Shown piece after piece: positions 58,739-64,000 of a stretch of DNA of 64,000 nucleotides; within the stretch, counting starts at the first letter, position 1; every line of letters starts with the position of its first letter. The position numbers and the translations under genes are program-made. Source of the DNA: Nitrososphaeria archaeon (GTDB lineage: Archaea > Thermoproteota > Nitrososphaeria > Nitrososphaerales > JANXEG01); the NCBI GenBank assembly GCA_029775915.1, contig JARVKA010000005.1, positions 7,162-71,161 of the forward strand, given 5' to 3'. The notes beneath the pieces were generated by a model. The model worked only from the letters and a program-made list of their open reading frames with translations, made no database searches and had not been told where the DNA came from.

Positions 58739-60031
58739 TTACATTGAAACTTTTGTTGAATAACCTTCTTTACCAAAAAATTCTCTTGCTGCCTTCTCAA
58801 CTTTCACACGATGCTCAACTGGTGTATAAACTCTGAGTATATCCATATATCCAGTAATTGAGCTTACGAGTGGTAAATCGCTAAGTGGTATAGTTTGATA
58901 CTTTATACCTTCAATCGTTTTTGATACTAAAGTGATGGATGTGAGAACCTCTCTGGCTGAAGTGTAGGGGATTGAAGGGGTGGTTGGTACATCAACAAAC
59001 ACATTATCCGCATCCACACCAGCCTTCTCAGCTATTTCAGCAGCGATACGTTCTCTAATACGCTTTTGAGTAAATAATCTCTCCATGAATTTATCCTTTC
59101 TATGTATCAATCTTTCAAATACACACTTTAATAACTTTCTATCTCGATAACCAATAGCAAAATCTTTAGCTCTCTTCAAATCTTTTCTTCCTTGCACATT
59201 AAGATTCGTTAACATTGTTAAAACTTGTTCATCAGTTAAAGATAGGTATTTATCCAAATTACTTGTATCAGTTAAGCCCAATTCATCATCAGCTAAATCT
59301 ATAGCATTTATCAACATAATCTCAGCAGCTCTCACTGTACGATGAAAGTATACTGCACGGAACATCTCATATCTAGCAATCATTAAAGCCTCAAAAGCAT
59401 AAAGTGCAGCATAATCTAAAGCTAAGTGATCATTAACTACTTCAAAAGAGTTGATAATCCTATGCACATCCACCTTACCATACTCCACACCGGTAAAGTA
59501 TGAGTCACGTAAAAGGTAATCCATAATATCCACACTTAAACCTCCACCCAATAAATCATTCATAAAAGGCGAGCATTTATTACAACGTGCTACTGTTAAA
59601 TCAGCCATATAATCAGTATTAAATCCATACTTCTCTAAAATTTCCTTAATCTCTGTTTCACGTAAAATCCTTTGAGTAATATCCTCATGAGTAATGCCTC
59701 TCTTCTCAGTCATAACTTCTTCAATTAAATGTGAGAATGGGCCATGCCCAATATCATGAAGAAGTGCTGCTAAACGAAGCTCTTGCAACTTTTCCTTATC
59801 AAGATAACCTTTATTAATTAATACCTTAGTTGCAAAGTCTATTAAATGCATAACACCTATTGAATGTTCAAAACGGGAATGTTGACCACCAGGATAAGTA
59901 AGATATGCTCCAGCTAATTGCTTAATTCTACGAAGCCTTTGAAAGATCGGTGTATCAATAATCGATCGCTCAACTTCTGTAATGTGTATATATCCATGTA
60001 TTGGATCTCTAATTTCAGCCACCGATTTCAT
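58739..60031 (-). CDS. HD-domain dNTP triphosphohydrolase (SAMHD1-like)
   Basis: IRDPIHGYI, FQRLRRIKQL, HSRFEHS.G, LLHDIGHGPFSH, D.MDYL.RD, RY.MF.AVYFH. Confidence 0.9.
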   Translation of the reverse strand: MKSVAEIRDPIHGYIHITEVERSIIDTPIFQRLRRIKQLAGAYLTYPGGQHSRFEHSIGVMHLIDFATKVLINKGYLDKEKLQELRLAALLHDIGHGPFSHLIEEVMTEKRGITHEDITQRILRETEIKEILEKYGFNTDYMADLTVARCNKCSPFMNDLLGGGLSVDIMDYLLRDSYFTGVEYGKVDVHRIINSFEVVNDHLALDYAALYAFEALMIARYEMFRAVYFHRTVRAAEIMLINAIDLADDELGLTDTSNLDKYLSLTDEQVLTMLTNLNVQGRKDLKRAKDFAIGYRDRKLLKCVFERLIHRKDKFMERLFTQKRIRERIAAEIAEKAGVDADNVFVDVPTTPSIPYTSAREVLTSITLVSKTIEGIKYQTIPLSDLPLVSSITGYMDILRVYTPVEHRVKVEKAAREFFGKEGYSTKVSM

Positions 60032-60247
60032 ACTATCATTAATTTTTATGATAAACGAATTTTTAAGTATAATGCATTAATACTTTTAAAGATAATTTGC
60101 TAACTTTCTTTTCATAAAATATTTCTTTATATGATTGCAAATCAAGATTAATTAATATTCTTACATGAAAATAATTATTTCTTTTTGTTTATCTTTTAAA
60201 TAATAACTTAAAATTCTTAAAAATCTAAAATTAAATTTTCTTGATTT

Positions 60248-61624
60248 TCACTTGAGTTGAAAGGAATGAATAAGATTGCCTTTTTCATCAAGAAGATTGG
60301 CTATACCTCCTTCACTCCAAATAAATGAATCCTTGCACCAATAGAAATGGAATTGAGGTTTACGCATTTTATCTCTTGGTAAGAATTTATCCTCACCCTT
60401 TCCAGTATGTAAAAATATCAATTCATTAGGGCCAAGAGTCCAAGTATTACCATTTGCAAGCTTCTCTGGAAATACATATTTATGTTTTTGTATACTATTT
60501 GGTGTTAAATTGATAACCATCCAACCAGCCATTTTAATGGCGCTCCAACCTTTATTCTCAATAATTACATATTCATCATTTATCTCATTAGCTTGAGATG
60601 CTAAATTACTCTTAATTTGAGTGATCTTTACATTAAATTGTAATTTAAAATGCAAATACTTTGAAAATGTGTGAAAAATTCCCATAATACCAGTTGGTGT
60701 GTAAAATATGATAATTATAATAATAAAGCCCATAATTAAACGCCAATAATTCTTAACGTAACCCCATGATAAATCCAATATCAACTCATAAAGAAAAGCG
60801 CCAATTATTGGCCCAAAAAATGTTCTCGATCCACCAAGTATAGGATAAAATGCAAATTTTATTCCCAATTCCCAACTCGACATAGCTGGTGCAGCAAAAC
60901 CATTCATCATTACCCATAAAGCTCCCGAGAAGCCCGTGATAGTTCCTGAAATTATAAATGCGATCATTCTATACTTAATTACTCGAATACCTAAAAACTC
61001 AGCCTTTAATTCATTATCCCTTATAGCTTCTAAAGTCCTTCCAAATTGTGAATTTTTAATAATCCACATTAATATAGTACAAATAATAAAAAATGTTACT
61101 ATGTAATAGTAATATACTTGTTGGAAGAGAATTGGAGTAAAGCCAAATTCATAAAAAAGTATTTTTACAGTTCTACCTTGTATAAATAATACGGGCAATC
61201 CTTCAGCTTCATACGTTGCTCTGAATATTTGAAAACTTGAGAAGATTCCATAAAGTATCGCTTGTAATGCAAGTGTAAGAATTGTGAATTGTATTTTTGA
61301 GCGTTTAACACTAATAGCACCTAAAATTACCGATGCTATAAATGAAATTGGCAAACTCAATAAAAGAAGTATTTCCACATGATTTATTGAATACCAATAA
61401 TTTGGAATCGCTACCGCATACATACCTATTGTGAACAATCCTGCATGGCCTAGAGATAATAAACCACAATTAAAGAGAATGTTTATAGCTAATGCAGTTA
61501 ATGCGTATGGTAAGAAAAATGCAATAAAGAGTAGCCAATAGAATGGGAGAATGTGAGGTAAAGAGTATAATATAACTATGGCAAGGGCTAAAATTTCAAT
61601 TTTGTAAATGGTTTCTCTGAGCAA
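60248..61624 (-). CDS. Branched-chain amino acid ABC permease (LivM-like) fused to a C-terminal lamin-tail domain
   Basis: LSLGHA.LF.IG.Y, FTILTLA, SQFGR.L.AIRDNE.KA..LG, LGG...F.GP..GA, P.GI.G; then NDEYVIIEN.G......GW...Y.FP....TL.P......HTG.G.D...YW....IW...G..A.L.D..G. Confidence 0.8.
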   Translation of the reverse strand: MLRETIYKIEILALAIVILYSLPHILPFYWLLFIAFFLPYALTALAINILFNCGLLSLGHAGLFTIGMYAVAIPNYWYSINHVEILLLLSLPISFIASVILGAISVKRSKIQFTILTLALQAILYGIFSSFQIFRATYEAEGLPVLFIQGRTVKILFYEFGFTPILFQQVYYYYIVTFFIICTILMWIIKNSQFGRTLEAIRDNELKAEFLGIRVIKYRMIAFIISGTITGFSGALWVMMNGFAAPAMSSWELGIKFAFYPILGGSRTFFGPIIGAFLYELILDLSWGYVKNYWRLIMGFIIIIIIFYTPTGIMGIFHTFSKYLHFKLQFNVKITQIKSNLASQANEINDEYVIIENKGWSAIKMAGWMVINLTPNSIQKHKYVFPEKLANGNTWTLGPNELIFLHTGKGEDKFLPRDKMRKPQFHFYWCKDSFIWSEGGIANLLDEKGNLIHSFQLK

Positions 61625-61705
61625 TCACTCTTCTCCTTAATAACCTAAAATATTAAAGTAATTTCATCCTATTAATATTACTACATATATCAATTTAACT
61701 ACTTA

Positions 61706-61733
61706 GTATTACTAACATAAAAGATATTAATAC
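61706..61733 (+). promoter_or_regulatory. NikR-type operator palindrome GTATTA-N16-TAATAC
   Basis: Perfect 6-bp inverted half-sites with 16-bp spacer, ending 27 bp before the MHIPDG start; same geometry as the NikR site GTATGA-N16-TCATAC. Confidence 0.7.
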
Positions 61734-61760
61734 GGAGAAAGAATTTAATATTGAGGAAAT

Positions 61761-62447
61761 ATGCATATACCAGATGGTTTTTTAGATCTCCACATATGTG
61801 CAATTACTTATTTAGCCACTATTATCTTTTTGGTATTCGCATTTAAAAGAGCGAGAGAAGTTATTGATGAAAAGCATATCCCTTTAATGGCAACTTTAAC
61901 CGCTATGTTTTTTGCTGCTCAAATGATGAATTACCCAATTATAGGAGGGACAACAGCTCATCTTCTTGGAGGTCCTATATTAGCGATAACTTTAGGCCCA
62001 TACGCTGGCTTAATCTCAATGACTATAATTCTCTTAATTCAAGCATTATTATTTGGTGATGGGGGAATAATTACACTTGGTGCTAATATTTGGAATATGG
62101 GCATAATTGGTGTTTTCATACCATACATTATTTGCCTTTTAATTTTAAAGATTAAAAATAGTAAAAATGCTTTAATGATTGGAATATTCCTTGCTGCTTT
62201 TATAGGTGATGTGTTGGCAGCGATTTTCGCCGGACTTGAACTCGGTTTATCCACACTTACCTTTCCTTATAGTGTTCCAATAGCTGTAACCGCTATGGGT
62301 TTGCATCACTCTATAATAGGTATTGGTGAAGGTATCGTTACCATAATTATTATCTCAATTATACTTAAGGTTAGACCAGATCTCATGAATATTCCTAAAA
62401 TTGCGCCAAAATGGATGGGTGAGTTAAAAATTAGTACTATGAGGTGA
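61761..62447 (+). CDS. nikM: ECF Ni/Co transporter S component (NikM/CbiM)
   Basis: N-terminal MHIPDGFL, GTTAHLLGG, QALLFGDGG..TLGAN..NMG, IGEG. Confidence 0.92.
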   Translation: MHIPDGFLDLHICAITYLATIIFLVFAFKRAREVIDEKHIPLMATLTAMFFAAQMMNYPIIGGTTAHLLGGPILAITLGPYAGLISMTIILLIQALLFGDGGIITLGANIWNMGIIGVFIPYIICLLILKIKNSKNALMIGIFLAAFIGDVLAAIFAGLELGLSTLTFPYSVPIAVTAMGLHHSIIGIGEGIVTIIIISIILKVRPDLMNIPKIAPKWMGELKISTMR

Positions 62448-62453
62448 TTTAAA

Positions 62454-62735
62454 ATGTCGAGAATGGTAATTGTAGGTATAATTATTGCAATTTTATTCGT
62501 ATTCATTGGAACATTTTGGTTATATGAATCTACTGAGACTTTTGATAAAATTGCAGAATTATTTGGGGCTGAAGAACAATCTATATATCAAGCACCATTT
62601 CCAGATTATGAAATTCCAGGTTTTGAAGGGAATAAGATAGTAAATATAGCAATTGGTATAACTTCAACACTACTTATATTAGGTGTAACCTTTATTGTAG
62701 GTAAAGCTTTAAGAGTTAGGAAAGTTAAGAGATGA
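62454..62735 (+). CDS. NikN/PDGLE-like auxiliary subunit
   Basis: Two TM helices flanking E.FD.IAE and APFPDY.IPG. Confidence 0.8.
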   Translation: MSRMVIVGIIIAILFVFIGTFWLYESTETFDKIAELFGAEEQSIYQAPFPDYEIPGFEGNKIVNIAIGITSTLLILGVTFIVGKALRVRKVKR

Positions 62736-63541
62736 TTAAAGAATTATTAAAAGCCTTTGAGGATTTGGTTTACTTAGAGAGATATCCATTATTAAATGGA
62801 TATTTGCAAAAAATTGATCCGAGAATAAAGCTTTTTGCTACTGCTATCCTCATAATAGTTATAGTCTCAACTTTAAAGATTACCCCTTTACTCCTTTTAT
62901 TAATTACAATAATCTCATTCACAATCGTATCAAAAATACCTTTAAAGAATTTTTTAATTAGAGTTACGATATTTATTCCAATATTCGCTGGGATTATTAC
63001 CTTACCATTACCCTTTATAACACCGGGATTAATTTTAACATCATTTAGTATAGCTGGATTTTCTTTAAATCTTACATATGAAGGAGTTTATAAAATGATA
63101 CTCTTTACCTTTAGAGTTTGGCTATCCATAGCATACTTAATCCTTTTAATATTAACTACTAAATTCACCAATATGCTTTATGCTATGAGAAGATTAAAAT
63201 TTCCACAAATATTCATTATGCTAACCTCTATAACTTATAGATTCATCTTTACCTTCATTAATGAAAGTTATAGAATGATTTTAGCTAGAGAGAGTCGTAT
63301 AACAAGTAAGCAAAGGAGATTGGATATAATGAGGGATCTTGGCAATATTATTGGAACACTTTTTATTCGTGCATATGAGCGTGGTGAGAGAGTGTATTTC
63401 GCTATGGTATCAAGAGGCTATTCTGGAGAGATAAAATCTATAAATAAATTAAAAATCCATGTGAGAGATGTGATATTTCTCATTTTAACTATATTAATTT
63501 GTGCTGTTACAATATTGCTCAATTATTTAATGGTGATATAA
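62732..63541 (+). CDS. cbiQ: ECF transporter T component (CbiQ/NikQ)
   Basis: IDPRIKL, TT....L..A.R.L..P, YRFI, ARESR, LF.RAYERGERVY.AM.SRGY. Confidence 0.92.
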   Translation: MIKELLKAFEDLVYLERYPLLNGYLQKIDPRIKLFATAILIIVIVSTLKITPLLLLLITIISFTIVSKIPLKNFLIRVTIFIPIFAGIITLPLPFITPGLILTSFSIAGFSLNLTYEGVYKMILFTFRVWLSIAYLILLILTTKFTNMLYAMRRLKFPQIFIMLTSITYRFIFTFINESYRMILARESRITSKQRRLDIMRDLGNIIGTLFIRAYERGERVYFAMVSRGYSGEIKSINKLKIHVRDVIFLILTILICAVTILLNYLMVI

Positions 63542-64000
63542 TTGCAAAAATTAGCGGTTGAGATGAATAATGTAGAATTCATATATCCAGATGGGTTGAG
63601 AGCATTGAGTGATGTAAATTTAAAAATATATGAGGGAGAGAGGGTTGTGATTTTAGGACCTAATGGTGCTGGCAAATCCACTTTATTAATGTTAATTAAT
63701 GGTTTACTCAAGTCAACTCGTGGTAATGTATATGTCTTAGGATTATCTGTTGAAGGTAAGAATTTAATGGAGATAAGGAGAAGAGTTGGCTTTGTATTTC
63801 AAAATCCAGATGATCAACTCTTTTGCCCCACATTATGGGAAGATGTAATATTTGGGCCTTTAAATATGGGTTTATCAAAAGATGAGGTTGAGTATAGAGG
63901 TTATGAAGCTTTAAAAGCTGTAGGCTTAGAGAATTTAAAAGATAGACCACCTCATCATTTAAGCTTAGGTGAGAAGAAAAGGGCTGCAATCGCTACTGCA
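63542..64000 (+). CDS. cbiO: ECF transporter ATPase (CbiO/NikO), partial
   Basis: Not on the track. From TTG 63542: MQKLAVEMNNVEFIYPDG...GPNGAGKST...VGFVFQNPDDQLF...FGP.N.G...HLSLGEKKRAAIA; runs off the window end. Confidence 0.92.
   Translation, partial: MQKLAVEMNNVEFIYPDGLRALSDVNLKIYEGERVVILGPNGAGKSTLLMLINGLLKSTRGNVYVLGLSVEGKNLMEIRRRVGFVFQNPDDQLFCPTLWEDVIFGPLNMGLSKDEVEYRGYEALKAVGLENLKDRPPHHLSLGEKKRAAIATA

Noticed and set aside
1029-63989. Numerous 60-122-aa ORFs on the track that lie antisense to or nested in long genes (e.g. 1029-1250, 3533-3733, 28721-29089, 33413-33625, 52046-52381, 63708-63989)
   Set aside because: Shadows of well-supported genes, with no motifs or start signals.

Overview
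AT-rich archaeal chromosome segment, almost entirely coding. Type IB topoisomerase, pantoate kinase/phosphopantothenate synthetase, UPF0147, CofE, a PAC4-like protein and several conserved hypotheticals point to a TACK archaeon, most plausibly a basal non-ammonia-oxidising Nitrososphaeria (Thaumarchaeota/Aigarchaeota-like) lineage; this is an inference from gene content only. Metabolic genes suggest an anaerobic peptide/organic-acid fermenter: four-subunit POR, split ADP-forming acetyl-CoA synthetase, malic enzyme, TAXI-TRAP, TTT and two SSS transporters, and hydantoinase/oxoprolinase. Features not on the ORF track: partial acdA, tRNA-Phe(GAA), a 106-bp IS6-like MITE (22-bp TIRs, 8-bp TSD), a decayed IS6, a 56-aa Zn-ribbon ORF, a 36-aa membrane micropeptide, a NikR-type operator and partial cbiO/nikO. 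Best novelty candidates: (i) a co-oriented cluster of an uncharacterised 2x[4Fe-4S] protein, a Cys/His-motif partner, TTT transporter and UroD-fold enzyme, divergent from malic enzyme; (ii) an orphan LivM permease fused to a lamin-tail domain; (iii) an SdhA/FrdA-family flavoprotein with an altered active site and a [2Fe-2S]-only partner in a cyclic-amide catabolic cluster; (iv) an OSTC/DC2-like membrane protein; (v) one Tat-like/Pro-Thr stalk module on two unrelated binding proteins. No CRISPR array, rRNA or prophage was seen. All family calls come from motif recognition by eye, not from database searches.
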